NCBI GenBank assembly: GCA_965219455.1
Contig: OZ244744.1
Coordinates: 5,600,001-5,664,000 of the forward strand
Direction: 5' to 3'
From: Candidatus Latescibacterota bacterium
Lineage (GTDB): Bacteria; Latescibacterota; UBA2968; GCA-2709665
Length of the DNA: 64,000 nucleotides
In this document: positions 40,713-50,514 of the stretch, in pieces
Numbering within the stretch: the stretch's first letter is position 1
How the letters are laid out: each line of letters opens with the position of its first letter
Made by a program: the position numbers and the translations under genes
The notes under the pieces: model-generated
Seen by the model: only the letters and a program-made list of their open reading frames with translations
What the model was told of the DNA's origin: nothing
Databases searched by the model: none

Positions 40713-40747
40713 AAAAAAACAGCGCCCGACGTACCGGAGCCGGGCGA
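40713..40747 (-). terminator. Terminator after the thioredoxin-like gene
   Basis: CGCCCG/CGGGCG stem followed by a T7 tract on the minus strand. Confidence 0.55.
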
Positions 40748-40787
40748 CTTCCTCAAGTAATACGGCATGAATTTTGAACGACGCCTT

Positions 40788-41270
40788 CTACCCTTCCCGA
40801 TCCACTGTTTCCTTCTCGTATTCCCGTTCGCCGAAGAACCGCAGCATTTTCATGAACCGATCGGGCGGCTGAAATCCCGGCAGCTTGTATAGCAGCGTTC
40901 CGTCCGGTTCCAGGAACAGCACCGTGGGAAACGCACTTACGTTATAAACCCGCGCCAGTTCCGCGTAACTCAGGTCGTGACCGATAAACGTCAATCGCGA
41001 CCCGGTATCTTCGGCATTCAGCTTGATGGGTATGAATTTCGATGCCAGGTACTTGCGGATTTCCTGCCTTGAAAACACCTGCCGGTCCTGCTGTTCGCAC
41101 CACCCGCACCACGTGGTATAGACGCCAATCATAATCAGCTTCTCTCCACCCGCCGCCTTCTGCATCCCATCTCTGGCGTTGTACCACCTGAATGAATCTT
41201 CCTGTTTCGCCACCGCGAGTCCGGCAAACAGGAACAGACACCATACACTCAATTGGAAGATTCGTATCAT
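40788..41270 (-). CDS. Periplasmic thioredoxin-fold protein (SoxW/DsbJ-like)
   Basis: Signal peptide, WCGWC, FIPIKLNAE, AFPTVLF. Confidence 0.85.
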   Translation of the reverse strand: MIRIFQLSVWCLFLFAGLAVAKQEDSFRWYNARDGMQKAAGGEKLIMIGVYTTWCGWCEQQDRQVFSRQEIRKYLASKFIPIKLNAEDTGSRLTFIGHDLSYAELARVYNVSAFPTVLFLEPDGTLLYKLPGFQPPDRFMKMLRFFGEREYEKETVDREG

Positions 41271-41599
41271 ACCGCGAACTCCGGCGGTCGGGCTAAAGCG
41301 GGCCGGCGAGAATCCTTTCCGTGAATTCGATTCCTGCGCATTTGTCAATGGCCGTCAAGTTACGTGATTCGTGTTCCCGGGGCAACCTCGAATTTTCCCG
41401 CGCCGCCGGCTGGCAGGACTAAAAAAGACGTTGCGTACACTCGACAATGGGTAGATATTTCCTTAAAGCCGCCGGTTCGCCCCACCCGGAGCCGGCCACG
41501 TGCAGTTACCGGCTGTCTCGGTCGCCGAAGAGCGATTCTTCCGAGTCCGGCGGAAGGGAGTGAACGCGACGCATACCTTAACAGCCCGAGGTAACGCCT

Positions 41600-42706
41600 A
41601 TGAAACAGATCAAGTCCGGCATCTTCATCATGCCGTTCCATCCGCCTGGCAAAACGCTCAGCCAGTGCCATGATGAAGACATGGAGCTTGTTATTCGCGC
41701 CGACGATCTGGGTATCGACGAATTCTGGATCGGCGAGCATCACACCATGGTCTACGAGAACATCGCGATGCCCGAGATATTCATTGGGGCGGCCTTGCGC
41801 GAAACCAGAGATATCCGGCTGGGTCCCGCGCCCGTGTGTCTTCAGCAACACCACCCGGCGCTTGTCGCAAGCCGGTTGTCTTTCCTCGATCATCTGTCCA
41901 AGGGACGGCTCAACCTCTGCTTCGGACCCGGGAGCGTGCCGACCGATCTGGAGATCCTCGGTGTCGACCCGCGGGACAGCGCAGCGATGGTCGCCGAGTC
42001 AATCGAGATGATTCTGACGCTCTGGTTGACTGACCCGCCTTACGATATCAAGGGCCGATTCTGGCAGATCCGTATGGATCGAACCATCGACCCGGAGGTT
42101 GGCCTCGGGGTCATCCACAAGCCTTTCCAACGACCTCATCCGCCCGTCTCGATGCCTATCACCTCGATGAACTCGGCAACGGCCCGGGAGGCGGGCAGGC
42201 GCGGCTTCCAACCGTTCGGCCATAGCCTGATTCCGTCGAACCTGTTGGCAAACATATGGACAACCTACGAGCAGGCTGCCATCGAGGCGGGCCGCCTGCC
42301 CGACCGGTCGGACTACAAGATCGCACGGGCGATTTTCCTGGCCGACACCACCGAAGAGGCGGTCAGGCGCGCACGGTCAAACACGGTTGCGGCCAACTTC
42401 GAATACATCGGTACCCTGCTCAAACGCGGTGGCCGCGGCATCGGCATGTTTAAACGCGACCCGAATATGCCCGACGCGGATTGCGACCTGGATTACCTGA
42501 TGGGTGAACAGATCATCGCCGGAGACGTGGACACGGTGCTGGAACGTCTCGAGTCAATCAGGGCGGAAGTGGGTGACTTCGGCACGCTCGTCATGATGTC
42601 GTACGATTGGGACGACAAAGATAGCTGGTTGCGCAGCCTGGAACTCTTCGCGACAGAATTGATGCCGGCATTGAACCCGGTGCAGCCCACCGAGCAGGTG
42701 GCTTGA
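41600..42706 (+). CDS. LLM-class flavin-dependent monooxygenase
   Basis: FIMPFHPP, WIGEHH, IRLG..HHPA, DHLSKGRL. Confidence 0.9.
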   Translation: MKQIKSGIFIMPFHPPGKTLSQCHDEDMELVIRADDLGIDEFWIGEHHTMVYENIAMPEIFIGAALRETRDIRLGPAPVCLQQHHPALVASRLSFLDHLSKGRLNLCFGPGSVPTDLEILGVDPRDSAAMVAESIEMILTLWLTDPPYDIKGRFWQIRMDRTIDPEVGLGVIHKPFQRPHPPVSMPITSMNSATAREAGRRGFQPFGHSLIPSNLLANIWTTYEQAAIEAGRLPDRSDYKIARAIFLADTTEEAVRRARSNTVAANFEYIGTLLKRGGRGIGMFKRDPNMPDADCDLDYLMGEQIIAGDVDTVLERLESIRAEVGDFGTLVMMSYDWDDKDSWLRSLELFATELMPALNPVQPTEQVA

Positions 42707-42808
42707 TTTTCACAATCCCGACCGATGGGACGGTATGGAACCGGTGCAAGGCATTCAAACCGACTCCTCAAAGCAATGCCCGACCGGCCAGACTGCGTGA
42801 TCGAGACA

Positions 42809-42974
42809 TAACAGCCCGTTGAGAAAGTCCATCCGGTCTGCGGCCAGCTCTTGTGGCCGAATTACTGCGTTGCGCTCCCTCCCCGAATCCCCCGATTCGG
42901 CTCGGTCTCGCGCCTTGTCTTCGGTCACAATGGCCCGGCCTCGCCTGCAGAGCAACTTTTTCAACGGACTGATA
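42809..42974 (+). mobile_element. MITE copy 4 (full length, 166 bp)
   Basis: TA-ACAGCCCGTTGAGAAAGTC...AACTTTTTCAACGGACTGA-TA; colinear with copy 2. Confidence 0.85.
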
Positions 42975-43041
42975 ATGAAAAGGCGATGCCGGGGAACGGC
43001 GTCGCCTCGTCTGATCCACATTGATTTTTCAGGCCGGCAGC

Positions 43042-43608
43042 TTACTCCATGGTTTTCGCCGCCTTAATGGGGAATTCCTTTTCAAACCTCTGCCTGATTT
43101 TCTTTTCCCACCCGTCAAGAGACTCCCGAAGTGCCGAAACTATCTGTGGCTCCACCTGAAGCAGATCCTTCATTTTCACGGGAAACTGGCTGCCGTGGGG
43201 ATAAAAACTCCCGTCTATAACCAATTCCTGAAGAAAGGGATAACCTGCGACCAAATCACCGGGTGAAGGATTCAGCGGTGTGACGCGGGTGTGTACCTTC
43301 AACCCCATATACGTCAGATGGCTGAACCCCATCCGGAATCGGACGTGGGCACCCACCTTGTTTACACGAACCTTGTGGCCTGCGTACAATTCGTTCAAAC
43401 GCGCCGCCAGCAGCTTCCAGCCTTGCTGGAATTCGTCTAGAGGCATAGCCTTTTCACCGGAGAACGCCGCCTCCCGGTCTTTGGAAAGTCTCTTGGCCAT
43501 GGAAAGGGTTTTGTCATCCAGCTTTTTGGTTTCGGCATCTACGGAAGGCGCCTGGCACACCGACAGACAGATGAAGAAACCGACTGAAGTCGTGAGAACA
43601 AAACGCAC
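43042..43608 (-). CDS. Hypothetical exported protein
   Basis: GTG start with SD AAGGGGAG, signal-peptide-like N-terminus; no family recognised. Confidence 0.55.
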   Translation of the reverse strand: MRFVLTTSVGFFICLSVCQAPSVDAETKKLDDKTLSMAKRLSKDREAAFSGEKAMPLDEFQQGWKLLAARLNELYAGHKVRVNKVGAHVRFRMGFSHLTYMGLKVHTRVTPLNPSPGDLVAGYPFLQELVIDGSFYPHGSQFPVKMKDLLQVEPQIVSALRESLDGWEKKIRQRFEKEFPIKAAKTME

Positions 43609-43770
43609 TATCGTCTCCCCCTTCTTAATAAACGAACGCGCGATACCCCTTTTTTGAAAAGGGCATACGAGACCATCCGGCAAGACGCAAATTGCCACAA
43701 TTCGGATATTGAATAAGAAAAGAGATTAAGGAATTCTGAACGATTGCGCAAGCTTTTTCTCGTACTCCGA

Positions 43771-43810
43771 AAGAAAAGCCCGCGCGCACTCCGCTTCGGG
43801 GTCTGCGGGC
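43771..43810 (-). terminator. Terminator of the second feo operon
   Basis: GCCCGC/GCGGGC stem followed by TTTTCTT on the minus strand. Confidence 0.6.
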
Positions 43811-43837
43811 GCCCTCGGTATCGTACTTGAGTTGTGT

Positions 43838-44011
43838 TCAGGCCGGAGGCGCCTTTTCTATATCGAGGAGGGATTTATCTGAGGAGCCACGACGGCCCCC
43901 GCAGGAGGAGCAACCGCCTGATCCCGCCAGGAAGGGACTGACAAACTTCCAGACAGCCCAGGTACCACTGGCGAACGCGACTCCGGCTGCCACCACCGAC
44001 TGCCAATCCAA
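43838..44011 (-). CDS. FeoB-associated Cys-rich small membrane protein
   Basis: MDWQ + TM helix + GGCSSCGG; TTG start right after the feoB stop. Confidence 0.75.
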   Translation of the reverse strand: MDWQSVVAAGVAFASGTWAVWKFVSPFLAGSGGCSSCGGRRGSSDKSLLDIEKAPPA

Positions 44012-44012
44012 T

Positions 44013-46247
44013 TTAACCACCCCATCCCAGAGCCATCGTGCCCTGATAAGTCGCAAGCGCGCCGACATAGGCCAATAGAGTCATATAGGCGAACGTAAGA
44101 ATCGCCCATCCCCAGGACTGCGTCTCCCGGCGGATGACGGCCAACGTCGATGCGCACTGTGCGCACAGCGCGAAAAAGACCATCACCGAGAGCGCCACGG
44201 GGACATTGAACACCGGGCGTCCATCCCCCCACGTTGCGTTGCGGAGCGCGCTGCGCAGGTCTTCTGAGGGTTCGTCCGCATCGCCTCCAAGGCTGTAGAT
44301 TGTACCAAGCGTGGCGACAATGACCTCACGTGCGGGAAAGGAGGCGAGCGTGGCCATCCCGATTCGCCAATCCCAGCCCAGGGGCCTGACCGCAGGTTCT
44401 ATCCAATGCCCGGCCCGGCCCAGATAACTTTCGTTCAGGAGTTCTGCGGCCATGCGCGCGTCCAGATCCGCAAGCGTCGCCTGCAAATCCACGCCCGAAA
44501 GGGATGCCGTGGCCGTCTGTCGATGGCGCTCGTATTCCGCAATGGTATCTGCCGGCCTGGGAAAATAGGCCAGCGCCCACATCGCGATGGTTGCGGCCAG
44601 AATGATACTTCCTGCGCGCACCAGGAACGCCCTGGAACTCTCATAAACCCTCAGGCCAACCGTCCGTTTGTCCGGGACCTTGTACGAAGGGAATTCCAGA
44701 ATGAAAGGTAGCGTTTCCCCTCTCAACAGAGTCTTCTTTAATAACCACGCCACGGGAACAGCCACCGCCACGCCCACGATATACATCGCAAAAAGCGTGA
44801 GCCCCTGCAGACCGACCCATTCGCCCAGAACCGGTTTCGCCGGGATAAATGCGCCTATCAGGATGGTGTAGACCGGCAATCGGGCCGAGCAACTCATCAG
44901 CGGCGCCACCAGGATGGTGACCAGCCGATTCCGGCGATCTTCGATGGTTCGAGTTGCCATTATTCCCGGCACGGCGCACGCAAAGCTGGACAACATCGGG
45001 ATAAAGGACTGGCCGGAAAGACCGCACTTTGTCAGAAGCCTGTCCATCAACATGGCCGCCCGGGCCATGTAACCGCAATCCTCCAGAATAGCAATAAAGA
45101 AAAAGAGGATTGCAATTTGGGGTAAGAAAATGACGACACCGCCCACGCCCGCAATGACGCCGTCTTGAACCAGGCTCTGCAGTGCCCCGTCTGGAAACCA
45201 CGTTCCCACCCATCCGGACAACGTAGAAAACAGTACGTCAACCCTCTCCATCAGTGGACCGGCCCACGCATAGATAGCCTGAAATACCACGCCCATTATA
45301 GCGACGAACAGGAACGTGCCCCATATCCTGTGCGTCAGCACACGGTCGATGCGGTCCGAAGGCGTCTTCTGGAGATGCTCTGGCTGCGATACGCTTTCCG
45401 CAAGCACCTGCTTGATCCAGTTGTAGCGAACCTTCGATTCCAGAGCGGATAATCCTGAACCCGCCGAAAACCGGCCCCTGGCCTCCACGAGTTTACCACG
45501 GAAAACATCCCCGTGTGTCTCGATCAACCGGCGCTCCGCGTAACCGCCTTCGTCGACGATCGCCCGGAACGCCTCCACGCGACACGCCGAGGAACTCTTC
45601 CCGTTATACGACCGCAACGCCGTCGCGATGGCATCGACCGCCGCAGGAAATCCCTCGGGAAATCCTGGCAGAAGCGAAGATGCCTTACGCCGCTCGCTGC
45701 ACAGCACCCCTCCCAATTCCCGGCGCAGGTCACCCAGCCCTCGTTTTCGATTCGCGCAAACCCTTACCACCGGTACCCCCAGGCACCGGGAGAGCCCCTC
45801 AACGTTAATGTGTATGCCCCGGGCATCCGCCACATCGGTCATATTCAGCGCGACAACTGCCGGCAGGCCGAGCTCGAGGATCTGTGAGACGAGGTACAGA
45901 TTCCTGTAAAGATTGGAGGCGTCTACAATTGCCAGAACCGCGTCTACCTTACGTTCGCCAGGCACCCGTCCGAGAAGAATATCGGCGACGATCATCTCAT
46001 CGGGGGCATGAGCGGCCAGGCTGTAGGTCCCCGGCAGATCGACGAGATCCACCTTCTTGTCATCGGACAACCTCAGCCGCGCCACTTTTCGCTCGACCGT
46101 CACGCCGGGATAATTTCCGACATGTTGAAAAAGACCGGTAAGACCGTTAAAAAGCGTGGTCTTACCGGTATTGGGATTGCCAACGAGAGCGATGGCATAG
46201 CGTTGATCTACTCTGGTTTGCGGTCCGTGGGACAACTCCGTGGCCAT
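44013..46247 (-). CDS. feoB: Ferrous iron transporter FeoB (full length)
   Basis: GNPNTGKT, NYPGVTVE, DLPG, NMTD, LEDCGYMAR, SFACAVP, MSCSARLPVY, AREV, CAQCASTL. Confidence 0.96.
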   Translation of the reverse strand: MATELSHGPQTRVDQRYAIALVGNPNTGKTTLFNGLTGLFQHVGNYPGVTVERKVARLRLSDDKKVDLVDLPGTYSLAAHAPDEMIVADILLGRVPGERKVDAVLAIVDASNLYRNLYLVSQILELGLPAVVALNMTDVADARGIHINVEGLSRCLGVPVVRVCANRKRGLGDLRRELGGVLCSERRKASSLLPGFPEGFPAAVDAIATALRSYNGKSSSACRVEAFRAIVDEGGYAERRLIETHGDVFRGKLVEARGRFSAGSGLSALESKVRYNWIKQVLAESVSQPEHLQKTPSDRIDRVLTHRIWGTFLFVAIMGVVFQAIYAWAGPLMERVDVLFSTLSGWVGTWFPDGALQSLVQDGVIAGVGGVVIFLPQIAILFFFIAILEDCGYMARAAMLMDRLLTKCGLSGQSFIPMLSSFACAVPGIMATRTIEDRRNRLVTILVAPLMSCSARLPVYTILIGAFIPAKPVLGEWVGLQGLTLFAMYIVGVAVAVPVAWLLKKTLLRGETLPFILEFPSYKVPDKRTVGLRVYESSRAFLVRAGSIILAATIAMWALAYFPRPADTIAEYERHRQTATASLSGVDLQATLADLDARMAAELLNESYLGRAGHWIEPAVRPLGWDWRIGMATLASFPAREVIVATLGTIYSLGGDADEPSEDLRSALRNATWGDGRPVFNVPVALSVMVFFALCAQCASTLAVIRRETQSWGWAILTFAYMTLLAYVGALATYQGTMALGWGG

Positions 46248-46257
46248 GCGTCAAACC

Positions 46258-46560
46258 TCAAGAGATCGGACTGAGCCTCACGGCAACCGCATCGCGCATC
46301 CGCAAACAGAACCGGGCGTCTTCCACCTGCACGACCACCCTGCCGCCAACACGCAGCATTCGAACCCGCACGCCAGGACAAACACCCAGTTCCCGCAACC
46401 GGGAGGCCAGAGGCGAATTTCCCACGACCGATTCGACCGTGCCTTCGTCGCCCTCATTCAGTCCGGCAAGCGAGCCGCTGAACAATCCTTGTGACCGGGT
46501 TCTCCGGCCAGGCCAGCGCCAGATCCGGCGACCGGCCAGTTGCATCAGACGCGCCACCAT
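46258..46560 (-). CDS. feoA: FeoA
   Basis: RLRELGVCPGVRV SH3-like motif upstream of feoB; SD GAGGGG. Confidence 0.85.
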   Translation of the reverse strand: MVARLMQLAGRRIWRWPGRRTRSQGLFSGSLAGLNEGDEGTVESVVGNSPLASRLRELGVCPGVRVRMLRVGGRVVVQVEDARFCLRMRDAVAVRLSPIS

Positions 46561-46590
46561 AGCATCATCCCTCTTTATCGTGTTATTCGA

Positions 46591-47121
46591 TCATCTCTCG
46601 GATCCGACTCTGAGGAGACATTCGTCTTCGCAGATCGGACAATCGGCCAGGTCATGACAGAAATCGCCGGTCTGCCAGAACGCATTCAGAAACTCCCGGG
46701 CTTCCGGCGTATCCGCGAGCAGGAATCTCGCGAAATTCAGCAATTTCTCGCCGGTTTCCTGGCTCAAAAGGTGTTCTACCTTGCACGCGTCCACTTCCGC
46801 CTGATGGCCTTCCACGTGCAGCACGTCCTTCAGAAACTTGCGAACGATGACGCGTTTGGCGAGCACCAGATCGACCAGTTGCTCCCCCCTGTCGGACAGT
46901 CGAAGAAATTTGTTCCGATCTTCCAGAACAAACTGTTTCTGTCGGAGCGCTTTTAACGTTAGCGACGCGCTGCCCCGCGTAATGTCAAGATATCTTGCAA
47001 CATCCGACACCCGCGCGTATCCCTGCTGGTCCTTCAGCTCTCTGATGGCGGCAAGGTGATGCGCCACGCTATGCGTGATTTCATTCTTTTCGAATGCTTT
47101 CCAAACGTCGGATGATGCCAC
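46591..47121 (-). CDS. DtxR/MntR-family regulator with C-terminal Cys cluster
   Basis: HTH ARVSDVARYLDITRGSASLTL, DACKVEH, C-terminal CHDLADCPICEDEC. Confidence 0.87.
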   Translation of the reverse strand: MASSDVWKAFEKNEITHSVAHHLAAIRELKDQQGYARVSDVARYLDITRGSASLTLKALRQKQFVLEDRNKFLRLSDRGEQLVDLVLAKRVIVRKFLKDVLHVEGHQAEVDACKVEHLLSQETGEKLLNFARFLLADTPEAREFLNAFWQTGDFCHDLADCPICEDECLLRVGSER

Positions 47122-47161
47122 GTGGCCCCCCTTTCCGCTGACAAGGCGCCCGACCCCGTCA

Positions 47162-47220
47162 AATGTTTTACCAATAAAACATTCGTTATAAATTTAAACG
47201 AAATATGCACGCCCTGTCAA
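47162..47220 (-). promoter_or_regulatory. Promoter and palindromic operator of the second feo operon
   Basis: TTGACA at 47220-47215, -10-like TAAATT at 47196-47191; perfect AATGTTTTA-CCAA-TAAAACATT at 47162-47183. Confidence 0.7.
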
Positions 47221-47346
47221 GAGAAAATTGTCACGTACGCCCGCTTATTGGCGACGGGCTTGACTTTTCCTCATCAATTTTGTATACCTCACGGACGCGC
47301 CATAGTACCCCGCGACTCCCAGAGGAACCTACCCTGGAGACCGCCA

Positions 47347-50049
47347 ATGTCGGAAATACTTGCATTCGACGAAGTTGCCAGGCTTCCCCGACCGGGAGAC
47401 AACGTGGCCATCGCTTCCCGTAAACTGGATGCGGGCACCTGTATCCGACGGCGTGGTTCGGTTCTTCGACTGAATACCTCCATTCTGGAAGGGCATCGTT
47501 TTGCCGTGGACCCCATCCCTGCTGGCGAGGCCCTTCTGTCCTGGAGTCTTCCCTTCGGCATTGCACTGGAGGACATTTCGGCAGGGAATTATGTCTGTAA
47601 CGCCGGCATGCTCGAAGCCCTGCGCATCCGCTCCCTTGATTTTCAACTTCCCGCCGAACCCAATTTCGAAGACCGCATCGAACCCTACCGTCTGGACGAG
47701 AGCACATTCAGACCTGGCGAGCAGGTTCCCGCCGCCGCGGACATGCGCACCTTTGAAGGATACGTCCGCGGCGCCGGGCGTGGGGTGGGTACCCGAAATT
47801 ACGTCGTCATCCTGGGGACGACATCCCGGACAGGCAGTTTTGCAAAACGGTTGGAGGAACGTTTGGGTGGGGTTGCCGACGCCTATCCGAATGTCGACGG
47901 CATCGTCGCCGTCACGCACACCGAAGGAGGAGGGCGAACCACACCAAACAATCTGGACCTGCTGCTGAGAACGCTTGCCGGCTTTATGGCACATCCAAAC
48001 GTGGGTGCCGCCCTTGCCGTGGACTACGGCACGGAACCGCTCACCAATGCCATGCTCAGTGCCTACACCAAAAAAAACAAAGCTGCTCTTTCGGACCTTC
48101 CTCACGAATTTTTCTCTCTGCGCGGGGGTTTTGAAGAGAATCTGGATCGAGCCCAGGCCATCGTCACAGGATGGATGCCGAGAGTGAACCGGACAAGCCG
48201 AAAGCCGACTCCCGTTGCGAGCCTGAAGATCGCGCTTCAATGCGGCGGGTCGGACGCGTTCTCCGGCGTATCGGGAAACCCGCTGGCGTCCTGGGTCGCC
48301 CGCGAAGTCATCCGGCAAGGCGGCGCCGCGAACCTGGCGGAAACAGACGAACTGATCGGCGCGGAATCCTATGTACTGCAGAATGTAAAGGATCTGGACA
48401 CGGCCCGCCGCTTCCTGGACCGCGTGGAAGCCTATAAGAACCTTGCCGCATGCCACGGTTCGAGCGCCGAGGGAAACCCCTCGGGGGGCAATAAATTCCG
48501 CGGCATCTACAACATTGTACTCAAGTCCATCGGCGCTGCCCTGAAACGGCACCCCGAAGTCCGCCTTGACGGGGTTCTGGACTACGGCCAATCCATGCAC
48601 GAGCCCGGATATTATTTTATGGACAGTCCTGGTAACGACCTTGAAAGCATTGCGGGACAGGTCGCTTCGGGATGTAACATGATCTTCTTTGTGACTGGCA
48701 ATGGTTCGATAACCAATTTCCCATTCGTTCCCACGATCAAAATTATCACCACCACAGGCCGGTACGAACTCCTCTCCAATGAGATGGACGTAAACGCCGG
48801 CGCCTATCTGGACGGGACCCCACTGGACGCGCTCGGGATGCGGATGACGGATCTCACGCTGAACGTGGCTTCCGGCACACGGAGCAAAGGTGAGCGAGCC
48901 GGCCACGCCCAGGTCTCCATCTGGCGCAACTGGCAGCAGACGGATACCGCAAACCTGGCGTATCTGCGGTCGCTGCCCCAGCCCGCGGGCAGGCCCATCA
49001 CCATCGGGTTGGAAGAAGCACGCCCCGCGGCCGCATTCAGGGGCGTCGTCACGGGGGGAGGCATCGCCACGGATCAGGTGGGCCTGATTCTGCCCACCAG
49101 CCTGTGTGCCGGCCAAATCGCAAAGATGGCCGCAAACCGCCTCGAGCAAAAGCAGGTCGGAAAGTCACAGGGCATCTCCCGCTACGTCGCGCTCGTACAT
49201 ACGGAAGGTTGCGGCGTCGCGGGCGACGCGACCGAAAGGATGTATTCCAGGACGATGCTGGGCTATCTAACCCATCCCATGGTAAAATATGCCCTGCTGC
49301 TCGAGCACGGATGCGAGAAAACCCACAACGACTATCTTCGCTACGAACTCGAGAGCGCGGGCATCGACCCCGCACGCTTTGGCTGGTCGAGTATCCAACT
49401 CGACGGCGGTCTTGAATGTGCGCTTGGGAACGTGGAAGCGTGGTTCACGGCTCAACTGGAACACGATCGGCGGCCTTCTTACGTGCAATCCGATCTTGCA
49501 GCGGTTTCCGTCGGACTCCTGACGGCCGGCCCGGTGAGCAACAACGCCTCGGAAACGCTGGCAAATCTATTGCGCCGGCTGGTACGTGCGGGCGCAACGG
49601 TTGTGACGCCGGATAACTCGGCGCTACTCTCCTCGGCGCCCTTTTCGAATACCGTTCTGCCGAACTCGTCCGTGGGTCCGTCGCTTGCCTACGGCCAGGC
49701 CGCCTCGATACCCGGGTTCTACATCATGGAAACGCAAACGGACCACTGGGTTGAAACCCTTACCGGCCTGGGCGGAACCGGTGTTGAAATCCTGATCGCC
49801 CACGTCGCCGACCACCCCATGCAGGGGCACCCGATGTTGCCTATGCTTCAGACCAGCGTAGAGCCCTCCATGCACGCGCTCTACAAAAGCGACCTGGACC
49901 TTCCGCTTACCGATGCAGCGGACGCCAACGCCGGACGGATTATCGGCCTCCTGTCGGAAACCGCCTCCCGAAACTATCGTCCGGTGGCGATGAGGCAAGA
50001 AAATACGGATTTTCAGTTTACCAGGGGGCTGCTCGGCGTATCAATGTGA
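47347..50049 (+). CDS. UxaA/GarD-family dehydratase with SAF domain and internally duplicated catalytic region
   Basis: DNVAIA..GHRFA SAF, GTRNY, LQCGGSDAFSGVSGNP, ETDELIGAE, NPSGGN, KSIGA; second repeat LPTSLC..HTEGCG..EHGCE. Confidence 0.88.
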   Translation: MSEILAFDEVARLPRPGDNVAIASRKLDAGTCIRRRGSVLRLNTSILEGHRFAVDPIPAGEALLSWSLPFGIALEDISAGNYVCNAGMLEALRIRSLDFQLPAEPNFEDRIEPYRLDESTFRPGEQVPAAADMRTFEGYVRGAGRGVGTRNYVVILGTTSRTGSFAKRLEERLGGVADAYPNVDGIVAVTHTEGGGRTTPNNLDLLLRTLAGFMAHPNVGAALAVDYGTEPLTNAMLSAYTKKNKAALSDLPHEFFSLRGGFEENLDRAQAIVTGWMPRVNRTSRKPTPVASLKIALQCGGSDAFSGVSGNPLASWVAREVIRQGGAANLAETDELIGAESYVLQNVKDLDTARRFLDRVEAYKNLAACHGSSAEGNPSGGNKFRGIYNIVLKSIGAALKRHPEVRLDGVLDYGQSMHEPGYYFMDSPGNDLESIAGQVASGCNMIFFVTGNGSITNFPFVPTIKIITTTGRYELLSNEMDVNAGAYLDGTPLDALGMRMTDLTLNVASGTRSKGERAGHAQVSIWRNWQQTDTANLAYLRSLPQPAGRPITIGLEEARPAAAFRGVVTGGGIATDQVGLILPTSLCAGQIAKMAANRLEQKQVGKSQGISRYVALVHTEGCGVAGDATERMYSRTMLGYLTHPMVKYALLLEHGCEKTHNDYLRYELESAGIDPARFGWSSIQLDGGLECALGNVEAWFTAQLEHDRRPSYVQSDLAAVSVGLLTAGPVSNNASETLANLLRRLVRAGATVVTPDNSALLSSAPFSNTVLPNSSVGPSLAYGQAASIPGFYIMETQTDHWVETLTGLGGTGVEILIAHVADHPMQGHPMLPMLQTSVEPSMHALYKSDLDLPLTDAADANAGRIIGLLSETASRNYRPVAMRQENTDFQFTRGLLGVSM

Positions 50050-50060
50050 CACCACAAAAA

Positions 50061-50102
50061 AGAAGCGGGCGCACGTTCCGCAACATTCGCCCGCTTCTCT
50101 TG
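50061..50102. terminator. Bidirectional terminator
   Basis: AGAAGCGGGCG/CGCCCGCTTCT between convergent genes, with A/T tracts on both sides. Confidence 0.75.
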
Positions 50103-50132
50103 TCGATATCTTTTCGTACGCCGGTCTATTCT

Positions 50133-50417
50133 TTAATTGTCAATCCAGGCCTGCAGCGCCGCCGCGATCTTTCTTCCCTGATCCAGACTCGAAATATTGA
50201 ATTTGCTACGAGGTATATACGTTCCGTCTCGTTTCTGAAACCGGCGAATCGTCACTTTCGCTGGCCCGTATTCATCGGATTGCCGATTCAAATCCTGGTA
50301 CAGGAACATTACCGTTGCCCAGGCCCCCCGCGAAAGCACGTGTTTATCCAGCTCTCTGCACAACAGAACACCGCCTTCTTCATAGTTGACGCTCAATTCG
50401 TCCACCGTCTCCGCCAT
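50133..50417 (-). CDS. Conserved hypothetical small protein (possibly nucleic-acid binding)
   Basis: SD AAGGAGG; ELDKHVLSRGAWATVMFLYQD..IRRFQKRDG..SKFNISS. Confidence 0.7.
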   Translation of the reverse strand: MAETVDELSVNYEEGGVLLCRELDKHVLSRGAWATVMFLYQDLNRQSDEYGPAKVTIRRFQKRDGTYIPRSKFNISSLDQGRKIAAALQAWIDN

Positions 50418-50514
50418 CGACTCGCCTCCTTGCCGCTTTAACTGACTGTGGATTCGCCCTACGCCGACGAAACTGAAACGTCGACCGAAATTCACTGCAC
50501 CAGGGATCAATCTC

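Noticed and set aside
41460-41599. Glycine riboswitch or SRP RNA upstream of the LLM monooxygenase
   Set aside because: Only a CGCCGAAG fragment is present; the GGAGA and CTCTCAGG elements and the SRP domain IV motif are missing
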